This document shows, piece by piece, positions 1-9,092 of a stretch of DNA of 20,000 nucleotides. Positions within the stretch are counted from its first letter, which is position 1. Each line of letters starts with the position of its first letter. The position numbers were made by a program, and so were the translations under genes. The notes beneath the pieces were generated by a model. That model saw nothing but the letters and a program-made list of their open reading frames with translations, did not search any database and was not told the origin of the DNA. Origin of the DNA: an uncultured virus (IMG/VR IMGVR_UViG_2061766007_000557) (taxonomy: Duplodnaviria; Heunggongvirae; Uroviricota; Caudoviricetes); IMG/VR virus record IMGVR_UViG_2061766007_000557, one strand, 5' to 3'.

Positions 1-348
1 TTTATTTAATTTATAAATTAGTTCATCACGAATTTTATAATATTCTTTTATTTGTTTTTCCAATTCTTTTATTTTAGTTGTATATCGTTCAATATGTAAT
101 TCAGGATTTTTCAACAATTGAGTATATAAAGTATTCAATTGTGTATATTGTGTTTTAAGTCCTTTATTAGTATTTTCCAAATCATTTACTTTCTTTTTGA
201 GTTCTTCAATTTCTTTTTCATATTTAGGACTTAATCCTTCTTCAAGTTCTGCTATATATTCTTCATCGGCAGCATGTTGTTGTTTAAGTTTACTAATCAA
301 AGCATCAGCTGCTTTTAATTGATGATTTTCTGTTAAATGTAGTTCCAT
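1..348 (-). CDS. Hypothetical coiled-coil protein, partial (runs off window start)
   Basis: Not in the ORF track. Manual translation from ATG at 348 gives MELHLTENHQLKAADALISKLKQQHAADEEYIAELEEG..., 116 open codons to position 1, rich in E/K/L. Confidence 0.8.
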   Translation of the reverse strand, partial: MELHLTENHQLKAADALISKLKQQHAADEEYIAELEEGLSPKYEKEIEELKKKVNDLENTNKGLKTQYTQLNTLYTQLLKNPELHIERYTTKIKELEKQIKEYYKIRDELIYKLNK

Positions 349-382
349 AATATACACAATTAAATAAATTATACATATTGGC

Positions 383-1570
383 TTATTCATCATCAGGTCT
401 TATATGTTCAAATACTGGCAAAGTAGGAACATTATCCTGTGAATAATAAAAGAATTTACAGGTAGCCATTTTTCCTATAAATTCATCTTTATGTTGTAAA
501 TAATAAATTCGAGTTGAAGTATCACATGCTGGTTTTGCAGCAAACTCTTTATTTTCTTTTGTTTTTAAAACAAAACACATATCTTCATCTCGAAGTCCTT
601 CTCTTACACCAACAATTTCAAATTCTTCTGTTTGAAATTCTTTCATTTTTATTAAGTACACTCCAGATCTTTTTCCAATACCGTATTCTTTATCTGGATT
701 TCTAGCGCATAATCCTTCAAAACCTTCGCTTACAAATTTATCATGCCACTTTTTAATAACAAGTTTACCTGATAATTTATAATGCTCACAGATTATAATT
801 TTAGAATCTTTTGAAAAATTATCTTTTAAAGACATTAAATATTCATATCTATCTTTAAAAGGCTCCGTACTTATATAATCATATATCCAATATTCCAATT
901 CACCACATTCATCTTTCCATTCTTGCTGTCTAGCAAGCCCAGAAATGCGTTGTAATGGCCAATCTGATCCGTGATGATATAATTCTCCATCAAGAATAAG
1001 ATCAGGCTTCTGAGAGAAGATTTTTAAAAGTTCTGGATTTTTTCTTAAATGTTCTGTTGCAGAATCATATGTACCACCGCCTCTACTAGCAGTATGAATT
1101 TCTCCATTTTTATAATACATAAGACAACGCACACCGTCCAATTTTCTTGAACAAAACCATTCTCTTTCAAAAACATTAGCTCCTAAATCATCACAACTTT
1201 TTGCAAGCATTGGTTTTGGAATTCCACTAGAGTCTGTATTATAAGAATTACCTAAAAATATTTTTAAATCTTCTTCAGAAAATTCAGAATATTTCTTTTG
1301 TGTAAAAGAAGATAGTTTCTTATATCCACTATCTAAATAGTTTTTAAGATAACTTAAAAATTGTAACGTTGCTTGTTCAGCTGTACTTCTTTTTGCTTTT
1401 CCTTCTGTAATTACAATTTCTGGTTGAATTGATTCTTTTCCGCCGAATTGATTAGTTATTCTTTTAATAGTATATTTATATAGAATTTCATCTTTCTCAA
1501 GATGAAGATAAACATGCTGAATTTTATTTTTATTGTTTAATTTAATTAAATGTTCTTCCCTAATTAACAT
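383..1570 (-). CDS. lig: ATP-dependent DNA ligase with N-terminal extension
   Basis: PMLA motif, motif I KLDGVRC (KxDG), ILDGELY, YDY, FEGL and LIKMK, plus a C-terminal OB-fold (VPTLPVF..IR). Confidence 0.93.
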   Translation of the reverse strand: MLIREEHLIKLNNKNKIQHVYLHLEKDEILYKYTIKRITNQFGGKESIQPEIVITEGKAKRSTAEQATLQFLSYLKNYLDSGYKKLSSFTQKKYSEFSEEDLKIFLGNSYNTDSSGIPKPMLAKSCDDLGANVFEREWFCSRKLDGVRCLMYYKNGEIHTASRGGGTYDSATEHLRKNPELLKIFSQKPDLILDGELYHHGSDWPLQRISGLARQQEWKDECGELEYWIYDYISTEPFKDRYEYLMSLKDNFSKDSKIIICEHYKLSGKLVIKKWHDKFVSEGFEGLCARNPDKEYGIGKRSGVYLIKMKEFQTEEFEIVGVREGLRDEDMCFVLKTKENKEFAAKPACDTSTRIYYLQHKDEFIGKMATCKFFYYSQDNVPTLPVFEHIRPDDE

Positions 1571-1776
1571 GGTTCATAATATTCTATACCTATTGCATAA
1601 TCAGTATTATATTTATCTGGTTTATCAAACACATTTGAAAAATACGAATTTACTAATTGCAATACTAATGTTTCATCTGGATACATTGGATGGATACTAG
1701 GTTCTAGTATTCCTTCCCAATGTTCTACCAAATATGTATTAGGATCTATAACACAAACTTTAGTTTTATATTTCAT
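1564..1776 (-). CDS. Hypothetical protein (70 aa)
   Basis: Fills the gap between dut and lig and overlaps the lig start by 7 nt. Confidence 0.7.
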   Translation of the reverse strand: MKYKTKVCVIDPNTYLVEHWEGILEPSIHPMYPDETLVLQLVNSYFSNVFDKPDKYNTDYAIGIEYYEPC

Positions 1777-1778
1777 AA

Positions 1779-2228
1779 TTATTTTCCTGAACTACCGAAT
1801 CCACCAGTACCTCTTGAAGTTTCAGATAAAGTATCAACTTCTTCAATTTCTACTTGAGGAATTTTTACTATTACAAATTGACCAATACGTTCGCCTGCTT
1901 TATATGGAGCGCAATCTAAACCGCAAAACATTTTACTATCACGAAGTTTATATCTAAATTGAATTTCTCCACGATATGTTGCAGGATCAACTAAACCAGG
2001 AGAATTAGGTAAATATGCATCAGTTTTAGTATTACTACTTCTTGGTAAACACAATAAAGCATATCCTTCTTCCATTTCACATGCCAATCCTGTATGATAT
2101 ATATAAACATCGTGCTCTTGATCGTATTCTACATCTATTGCAGTTACATCAAGACCAATATCTCCAGGATGTGCTTTGAACGGAATTACTGCTTTAGAAT
2201 CAAGTTTCTTAAATTTTAATTTTGTCAT
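1779..2228 (-). CDS. dut: Trimeric dUTPase
   Basis: Motifs GLDV, PRSS, GLVDPATYRGEI, ERIGQ and C-terminal RGTGGFGSSG. Confidence 0.96.
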   Translation of the reverse strand: MTKLKFKKLDSKAVIPFKAHPGDIGLDVTAIDVEYDQEHDVYIYHTGLACEMEEGYALLCLPRSSNTKTDAYLPNSPGLVDPATYRGEIQFRYKLRDSKMFCGLDCAPYKAGERIGQFVIVKIPQVEIEEVDTLSETSRGTGGFGSSGK

Positions 2229-2566
2229 GTTTGAATTATAAATTGTCTTGTGAAAACTTCTTTTTTATTGTCATTAAAATCTATAGATTCACATTTCAAC
2301 TCTGTATAATTTGAAAATATTGTTATTGTGTAAAGAAATTCGATATCACCGTGAATTCCAGATCCATCAAATTCAAATACACCATCAGTTACTAACTCTG
2401 TAATAATATTTTCAAATGATAATTTACTTTGTGATGCTAAAGTCTTAAGAATATATTCTAATTCTATTCCTGCACCACTAGGATATCCGTCACAATGACG
2501 ATAAGCACAAACCTGTCTTCTTCTAACGTCAGTGTCTTGAATTATTACATTACATCTTGTACTCAT
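2225..2566 (-). CDS. Hypothetical phage protein with MSTR...YRHCDGYP motif
   Basis: Probable start is ATG 2566, overlapping the nrdG stop (ATGA). Its stop overlaps the dut start (ATGA). Confidence 0.75.
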   Translation of the reverse strand: MSTRCNVIIQDTDVRRRQVCAYRHCDGYPSGAGIELEYILKTLASQSKLSFENIITELVTDGVFEFDGSGIHGDIEFLYTITIFSNYTELKCESIDFNDNKKEVFTRQFIIQT

Positions 2567-3030
2567 TCGTTCCAAAATTTATAAGTTATATCTTTGAATT
2601 CTCCAGTTTCCTTGTTTATTTGATATAACTTTTGATTAGTAGTTTTAGAATCTAATCCTCCTAATTCTTTCTTATAAGAGCCATATTTATAGTAATCTAA
2701 TTCAACCATCATTATAGGATGTAAAACATCTTCGCCAGAATACCATGCTGTTTTTATAGATCCTTTATATGTTTCATTTATAAGAAATATAAGTTCTTTT
2801 ATATACCCAATATCAGAATCCCCTCCCATAAAACAAATACATGTTATTCCTTTATTTTGTTCGATTAGACGCAATAAAGTTGATCTAGTTAGATCTTCTC
2901 CGATATCTTGCCAAAGTTCTTTAGAATGACAATCTGGGCAATGTATAGGACATCCTGATATATTTATACACAAAGTGACTTCGTCTGGTATTTCCCTAAA
3001 TGTAACTTGTGTTGTTGTATATTTTAACAT
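2563..3030 (-). CDS. nrdG: Anaerobic ribonucleotide reductase activase (radical SAM)
   Basis: CPIHCPDC (CxxxCxxC), CFMGGD, LDYYKYGSY...GGLDSKTTNQ. Probable start MLKY at 3030, just after the upstream stop. Confidence 0.92.
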   Translation of the reverse strand: MLKYTTTQVTFREIPDEVTLCINISGCPIHCPDCHSKELWQDIGEDLTRSTLLRLIEQNKGITCICFMGGDSDIGYIKELIFLINETYKGSIKTAWYSGEDVLHPIMMVELDYYKYGSYKKELGGLDSKTTNQKLYQINKETGEFKDITYKFWNE

Positions 3031-3031
3031 A

Positions 3032-3313
3032 TTACCTTTTAAAAATTTTCCATTTTTCCGGGTTTTCGTCAATATCTTTTAGCATAGTTTCTCCGATATC
3101 CCTGCAGATAATAGTAAAAGGATTATTAGATATTATACATAAATTCCCAATTGAGCATACATCTGGATCAGCAGGATTACCAAAATTATTATATTGTTCT
3201 TTAAATTCAAACTGAACTTGAATAGATTTATCAGAGATTTTATTTAATTTATCAATTAATTCTTGTACTGTCATTCTAATACTAATTCTAGCAATTAAAC
3301 TTTCAACTATCAT
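3032..3313 (-). CDS. Hypothetical protein
   Basis: ORF-track frame. Start taken at ATG 3313 (ATGA overlap with the upstream small ORF); the downstream MTVQELIDKL start is an alternative. Confidence 0.65.
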   Translation of the reverse strand: MIVESLIARISIRMTVQELIDKLNKISDKSIQVQFEFKEQYNNFGNPADPDVCSIGNLCIISNNPFTIICRDIGETMLKDIDENPEKWKIFKR

Positions 3314-3426
3314 AAATCTATAGATAAAGTAAAACGTGGCCACCCGTACTTATCTACAACAACAATTGGAAATACTCTGTATTTATTAGGAATTTCAAAA
3401 TATTTATACCATTTATAGTCAGACAT
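3310..3426 (-). CDS. Small hypothetical protein (38 aa)
   Basis: Manual translation MSDYKWYKYFEIPNKYRVFPIVVVDKYGWPRFTLSIDL*. Overlaps the trx end and ends in an ATGA overlap with the next gene. Confidence 0.5.
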   Translation of the reverse strand: MSDYKWYKYFEIPNKYRVFPIVVVDKYGWPRFTLSIDL

Positions 3427-3718
3427 TGAATTTATCCTCCAACATTTGAACGGTCATTAAACCGCTATGCCTCCACAATTCTTCATTATCTTGTTTACAA
3501 ATAATTGTAGGCAAACTCATTATTTCAAACTGCTCAGAAATAGATTCGTTTTCATCTACATTAATTGTATATATTTTAATTTCAGGATGTGCATCTGCAA
3601 ATTTATGTAGATTATTTTTAGTTATTCTACACGGTCCACACCATTCAGCCCAAAAATCCAATAGTACAGGTTCTTGCCCTATTACTATTGGATTATTTTC
3701 ATTTACTTCTATAATCAT
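3419..3718 (-). CDS. trxA: Thioredoxin
   Basis: LLDFWAEWCGPC active site, INVDE, and cis-Pro SLPT. ATG 3718 lies in a TAATG overlap. Confidence 0.95.
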   Translation of the reverse strand: MIIEVNENNPIVIGQEPVLLDFWAEWCGPCRITKNNLHKFADAHPEIKIYTINVDENESISEQFEIMSLPTIICKQDNEELWRHSGLMTVQMLEDKFNV

Positions 3719-3936
3719 TACCAACTTATTTTAACTCTAGCTTCTTCTCCTTGTCCTACAACAACAGAATATCCTGCTTGTTTAACTTCGTCTAAAAGAC
3801 TAGAATCAAGAGTATCTTTGTTAACAAAAATATAATTTAATCCTAATTCTCTAGCATTATCCATAAATGCTTGTAAATTGACAAGTTGTGGATATTTAGG
3901 AGATTTAAGATTTTTAAATACTTCTACATGTGTCAT
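3718..3936 (-). CDS. Hypothetical protein (72 aa)
   Basis: Overlaps the prfB 3' end and the trx start; ends KISW. Confidence 0.7.
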   Translation of the reverse strand: MTHVEVFKNLKSPKYPQLVNLQAFMDNARELGLNYIFVNKDTLDSSLLDEVKQAGYSVVVGQGEEARVKISW

Positions 3937-5020
3937 ATAAAATATAAGAATTAATTAATTCGTCTAAGTTTCCATTTAATACTGAATAAACATCTGTTGT
4001 CTCATAAGAAGTTCTGTGATCTTTAACTCGTTTATCATCAAGTATGTAACTTCTTATTTGATTACCCCATTCTATTTTCTTAGATTCTCCTTTTAATGCT
4101 TGTTCTTCTTGAAGTCGTTTTTGTTCTTCAAGTGCATAAAGTTTACTCTTAAGGATCCTTTTAGCATTTTCTTTATTTTGAGGTTGATCTCTAGATTCAG
4201 TATTCTCTATAACTATTTCATCAGGAAGTTTAGTAATAGGATTTATGAATTTATAATGTAATCTAATACCAGACTCTACTTTATTGACATTTTGTCCTCC
4301 TGCTCCGGAAGATCTAAATGTATCATAAGTTATATTACTTTCGTCTATGTTAATAGTTATAGAATTATCTATAAGAGGGATTACGGACACACTTACAAAA
4401 GAAGTCATTCGTTTACCTTGTGCATTAAACGGACTTATACGAATTAATCTATGTATACCATTCTCTGATTTAAAATTTTTATATCCATATTCAGTATCAA
4501 CTATAAAAGTAATCGATTTAATTCCTGCTCGACTATCTTTTTGCTCATTTTCAATTAAAATGTTATAATTTTTAGAGGAACAATACTTAAAATACATGTC
4601 TCTTAACATTTTAGCAAAATCCTGAGCTTCAACACCGCCAGCACCAGACTCTATTTGAATAACCGCCGGTAATTTATCTGTATTTTTTTCAGGAATAATT
4701 ATTTGATTTAGTTGATTTAAATTAGAATATAAAAACTGGAGTTCCCTGTCAATTTCTTCTTTAAAAAGATCTTCATTTTCATTCATTATTTGTAAATCAT
4801 CTATAGATTTTTTACAAATATTATATAGTTCAAGCTTAGTTTTTACTTGTGTATATTCTTTTAATAAACTTATTGATTTTTCTTTATCTTGATATAAATC
4901 AGGGTTATTAATTAATATTTGTAATTCAATAAGTTTATTATTTAAATTCGATAAATCTAATATTGAAGAAATTTTAGAAAAATCTCTTCACATATCAGAA
5001 AATTGTATATTATTTATCAT
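3914..5020 (-). CDS. prfB: Peptide chain release factor 2 (368 codons) with an in-frame UGA at codon 11 (4988-4990)
   Basis: GAGGVEAQDFA, ENGIHRLIRISPF (SPF, the RF2 specificity motif), GAGGQNVNK (GGQ), WGNQIRSY. ATG 5020 overlaps the nrdD stop and is in frame with the 4786 ORF (78 codons upstream). The extra segment resembles the RF2 N-terminal domain. Confidence 0.93.
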
Positions 5021-7197
5021 ACTTCTTTAGAATAAATTCTTTTCTGAGCTTCAATATATCTATCTCTACTATAAGCACTCAATGGTCTTAAATATCCAAT
5101 AATTCTTACCCAATAATCAAGATTTTTACTTTTACAAATAGGACATTCTTGAATAGGAGCATTTACTACATGACCACAATCTTTACATTCACTCATCGGA
5201 ATATTAAATGTAAAGTAAGTCACTCCATTAGCTGTTGAATAATCAAGAAGCTTTAAATATTGTTCTTTGGATAAATGAGCATCTAAATGAATATGTGCTG
5301 CTTGGCCTCCATCACTATATTTAGCAATTTCTTTTCCGTGAAGATAAAGTTTATCTAATACAGATATTTCTGGATCCCACTGTTTAAAGAAATAACTAGA
5401 ATAAAGATTTTGATCTTCAGGTACGACGTATCCATCTTGTTTATCCCAATTATAGAATTTTACAGAAAGAGACTCTCCGGGCACAGCTTCAGAGTTAAAC
5501 AAGAAAGGTCTTTTCTTATCATGGATTGCATGAAGTTTATTTTGTTCTTTGACTGTACCGAGAATAAACTTTAAGAAATCAATATATTCTTCATTCTTAT
5601 TTACTTTCATTCCTAAGAATTCAGCAGCTTCACAATATCCAAGTAATCCTATTGTAGAATAAAGTTTACTCATTTTAATATATCCAGCATTAGAAGATGC
5701 AAACATACCTTGATCTTCAACATCATAAAGCATAGTTTTATATGCTATTTGATATTTATATACTCTATCAAGAATATTACAGAAGTAACGTTTGAATTCT
5801 TCATGAACTTTTCCATCATCTTCTTTCCAAATAGCAATAGCATCTTCTTGAGTTGCTAAACCGTCAATATTAAAATAGTTTTGAACTATTCTGTTAATAT
5901 TTAGAGTAATAACATTACAAGAACCTGTCATTACACCTTGTAAACCATTAATAGAATTAAATGTATTTTCTTGCATTTCGTTCAAAACTCGACAACAACT
6001 AGCAAGCGATGTAGGATTATCACTATTATAACAGAAGAAACTACTTCCTTTTGCCCATTCTTCAGCACAAAGCTCTTTATATTCCTTATCGATTATATCT
6101 TTTCCATCATTTACCATTGCAAAAGTAGTAACAGGAAATGTTAAAGGTTTAATGAGTCTAAGCTCTCTGTGTAATTCAAGAAATATTCTTTGTAAGCAAT
6201 TTACTGCATCCCATTCTGCTTGAGTTCCATCTGGAAAATAAAAATCCTTGAACATTGCATCAAAATAAGTATGATCATAAATAGAAATATTACTAAATGG
6301 ACTATTATATGATCTATTGCCTGCAGGTTGATTAATGCCCCAAATGAAATGTTTCATTGCTTTTATAATTTCATGCTTAATAGTTTTATCAGGTAATACT
6401 TTTACTTCCTCAAGTCTTTCCCACCACTTATCGCCAAAATCTTTTTTTGCATAATAACTAAATGCAATAAGATATTCAGATAATGCAACAGCTCCTTTAC
6501 ATTGGGCAGATAATAAGAATACAAGATTTGTTACTTGCCCACTAAATGAACGTAAATCATCTGGAGCGCTGGGAGTGATTCCGTCAATATTACCACATCC
6601 TTCAGTCATTAAAGGATATAAACTATCAGCTTGACAATAGAATTTTAAACAAGGAGAACTTGCTTCATCATGAACATATATAATATGATCATCAAGATCT
6701 TTTATATATTGTGATGCAACTTCAGGATACATTTCCTGAAGTTTTTTCTTCATTCTTTGTCTTTGAATAAGTCGATTGGTAGTTTTATAAACTTCTCCTT
6801 CAAGATTTGCTACATTTTTGAGTGTAACATTTGCATTCGCATCTGTCTCAGATGCAGTAGATGCATTATCTGAAGAAGCTGCATATTTATCCATGTAGTC
6901 AATTCTTTCACGAATAAATGTTGCCTCTTTATGTTTTTCTCTATAAAGAATAAAAGCTTTGGCCGCTTTAAATTCTTGTAAACTCATTAAAGCGTCCTCA
7001 ACTAAATCCTGAATTTCTTCTACTGAAACTTCCATCCTTCCATCATACTCCTGCTGTGTTAATGTTCCAATAACACAATCGAATACTTCATCTGAAGAAT
7101 GATTGGTTTTTACTTGCTTAAAACAATTTTCAATTGCTTTTTTAATTTTTTCTGGTTGAAAATCAACCATTTGTCCGTCTCTTTTAATTACTTTCAT
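5017..7197 (-). CDS. nrdD: Anaerobic (class III) ribonucleoside-triphosphate reductase with ATP-cone
   Basis: N-terminal MKVIKRDG ATP-cone, FYC and ASCCR cysteines, CKDC...CPIC Zn site, RIIGYL glycyl-radical motif. Confidence 0.96.
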   Translation of the reverse strand: MKVIKRDGQMVDFQPEKIKKAIENCFKQVKTNHSSDEVFDCVIGTLTQQEYDGRMEVSVEEIQDLVEDALMSLQEFKAAKAFILYREKHKEATFIRERIDYMDKYAASSDNASTASETDANANVTLKNVANLEGEVYKTTNRLIQRQRMKKKLQEMYPEVASQYIKDLDDHIIYVHDEASSPCLKFYCQADSLYPLMTEGCGNIDGITPSAPDDLRSFSGQVTNLVFLLSAQCKGAVALSEYLIAFSYYAKKDFGDKWWERLEEVKVLPDKTIKHEIIKAMKHFIWGINQPAGNRSYNSPFSNISIYDHTYFDAMFKDFYFPDGTQAEWDAVNCLQRIFLELHRELRLIKPLTFPVTTFAMVNDGKDIIDKEYKELCAEEWAKGSSFFCYNSDNPTSLASCCRVLNEMQENTFNSINGLQGVMTGSCNVITLNINRIVQNYFNIDGLATQEDAIAIWKEDDGKVHEEFKRYFCNILDRVYKYQIAYKTMLYDVEDQGMFASSNAGYIKMSKLYSTIGLLGYCEAAEFLGMKVNKNEEYIDFLKFILGTVKEQNKLHAIHDKKRPFLFNSEAVPGESLSVKFYNWDKQDGYVVPEDQNLYSSYFFKQWDPEISVLDKLYLHGKEIAKYSDGGQAAHIHLDAHLSKEQYLKLLDYSTANGVTYFTFNIPMSECKDCGHVVNAPIQECPICKSKNLDYWVRIIGYLRPLSAYSRDRYIEAQKRIYSKEV

Positions 7198-7226
7198 ATA
7201 CTATATTTTTAATGTGAAATAAAGTA

Positions 7227-7258
7227 CAAAGATAGTAAAAATTTTTGATAAAAACAAG
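7227..7258 (-). promoter_or_regulatory. Bacteroidota primary-sigma-type promoter upstream of nrdD
   Basis: Minus strand CTTG-N20-TATCTTTG matches the -33 (TTTG) / -7 (TAnnTTTG) consensus, about 30 nt upstream of the nrdD ATG in a 112-nt intergenic gap. Confidence 0.75.
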
Positions 7259-7309
7259 TAAATTTAAAAATTTTTAAAAATTATTACTATCCTTTACTTA
7301 AAGTAATTA

Positions 7310-7702
7310 TTAGAGGTTGAACTCTCGATCTACATTAGTTTCAGCAATAAACTGTTCCTTACGATTACATTCTTTTATAAATGTTGAAAAATTATCATAT
7401 AATTCGTTAGAAATTTCTATTCTATCAGTAGTACCATTTCCGCCAATTGTAAATCTATCTACAACAGCTAATGGTTTTTTACGTTTCCGAAACCATTCTC
7501 TACCGAATAACCATTTAGAATTATATTTGTATAAATATATTGCGAGACAATTTTTGTTTTCAATAGATTCAATACGTATAGAAACAGACATTTCTTTATC
7601 ATCTCTTTTATCACACCATGAATCTGTTTTATAAACAGGTGTATCATAAGCGTTTAGTCTCAATGAATCAAGTACTTTTTTTAATTGTTCCTCAGTAATC
7701 AT
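7310..7702 (-). CDS. Hypothetical protein (130 aa)
   Basis: ORF with ATGA overlap to the upstream gene; no recognised motif. Confidence 0.75.
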   Translation of the reverse strand: MITEEQLKKVLDSLRLNAYDTPVYKTDSWCDKRDDKEMSVSIRIESIENKNCLAIYLYKYNSKWLFGREWFRKRKKPLAVVDRFTIGGNGTTDRIEISNELYDNFSTFIKECNRKEQFIAETNVDREFNL

Positions 7703-8457
7703 AACTTTAGCAGTCTTTTAACTAGTATAGTTTTTTCAAATTTATTAATAATATCTTTATCATCTAATCTAATCTGGCTAACAAATGTTCTATATATATC
7801 ATACATAGAAATCTGTTTAGTTTCAGGAATATAAAATATAGAATCTTTATCTTTTATTAACAATTTATAAACATCTACTGGCAAAGATGTTGCTAATTTT
7901 ACTTTTCCACCATCATTAGTAAATGAACCATCTAATGCATAATCAACCCATTCTCCTAAAATTTTAATCATTTTGTCTCTATCAATATACGATTTTTTAA
8001 GTTGATTAATCATTAATGCATTATTATCAGTCTTTTCTAATAATGATTTTATTCCTGTATAATCAAGCGGAACACCAGATTCTAATTTTTGTAATAATAT
8101 AGCATCTTGATCAAATGTAATTATATTTCCATCTTGATCAATATCTGCTATATAAAACTTAGCGATTGGAGTTTTTACATCAAGCCCATAGATCATTCCA
8201 ACTACTTTCTGGCAATCTTCTTTAAAATAAAAAGATTTTGGTAAGATGGCTTGAATATGAATTCTATTATAAACTAGATCTGGTTTTCCGTTTGTAATAG
8301 ACATTTGATCAGGGGTCTTTACTTGACATATAAATTCAGGATTATATTGTTGTAATCTATTGATAAAAGGTTCAATATATGCTTTTGCTGACAAATATTG
8401 AGATCCTTTTATAATAGTATCTTTTCCTTCCAATAAACTTTTAAGTTCTTCTACCAT
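7699..8457 (-). CDS. Conserved crAss-like phage protein (possibly DUF932-related)
   Basis: LLEGK...AYIEPF...QVKTPDQ...GMIYGLDVKTPIAKFY resembles, from memory, a conserved crAss-like replication-module protein. Confidence 0.6.
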   Translation of the reverse strand: MVEELKSLLEGKDTIIKGSQYLSAKAYIEPFINRLQQYNPEFICQVKTPDQMSITNGKPDLVYNRIHIQAILPKSFYFKEDCQKVVGMIYGLDVKTPIAKFYIADIDQDGNIITFDQDAILLQKLESGVPLDYTGIKSLLEKTDNNALMINQLKKSYIDRDKMIKILGEWVDYALDGSFTNDGGKVKLATSLPVDVYKLLIKDKDSIFYIPETKQISMYDIYRTFVSQIRLDDKDIINKFEKTILVKRLLKL

Positions 8458-8459
8458 AT

Positions 8460-9092
8460 TTATACTTCTGCATCTATTCCAAAAGCAATAAATTTTCCTT
8501 CTTTAGTGTTTGCACCTGGTGTATAAACACTGTAAGCAGCAATAGGATTTATGTCTGGAACTTTTACAGCAAGAGCAGAATAATCTTTGTGATTCTTTGA
8601 TGTTAGTTCTTTCATTCTTTGAATAGCTTCTGCTTTAGAATCACATTGATCAACAATTCTTCCCATTTTTACAATACTAACATCTATTTCATCAGCACCT
8701 TCTATTTCATCACCATATTCATCGATTGTTTTTGTAGGGAAAGAAGATAATTCTAGTTCATCTTCTCTAATAAAATAAACGAAAGACCACTCTCTAGTAG
8801 TTTCTGTTTTATTATTAATTATAGTATAAGGTCGCTTTCTTATATCTGCTATGGGATTTTCTAAAACAATATATAAACCGTATCCCGGTTGCAATTTGGT
8901 TTTTTCCATTAATTGCTGAGATGCAAATCTCTTAAATTCAGTTGTTCCAGGGAATGGTTTTCCAGATTTAATCCAGGCTTGTGTAGAGTTACATCCTTTA
9001 ACAATACTACAGTCTGGATTAAACTTTAAATTTTTGAATGCTTCTTCTTTTGTAAATCCGGAGCATTCTTTTATTTTTAATATATCCGTCAT
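8460..9092 (-). CDS. Conserved hypothetical phage protein
   Basis: 210-aa ORF (GFTKEEA...STQAW...RKRPY...YTPG...GKFIAFG) packed between its neighbours. Confidence 0.7.
   Translation of the reverse strand: MTDILKIKECSGFTKEEAFKNLKFNPDCSIVKGCNSTQAWIKSGKPFPGTTEFKRFASQQLMEKTKLQPGYGLYIVLENPIADIRKRPYTIINNKTETTREWSFVYFIREDELELSSFPTKTIDEYGDEIEGADEIDVSIVKMGRIVDQCDSKAEAIQRMKELTSKNHKDYSALAVKVPDINPIAAYSVYTPGANTKEGKFIAFGIDAEV

Noticed and set aside
4950..4995. Canonical prfB +1 programmed frameshift
   Set aside because: There is no CTT TGA C or internal SD-like motif, and the upstream ATG is already in frame with the downstream ORF.
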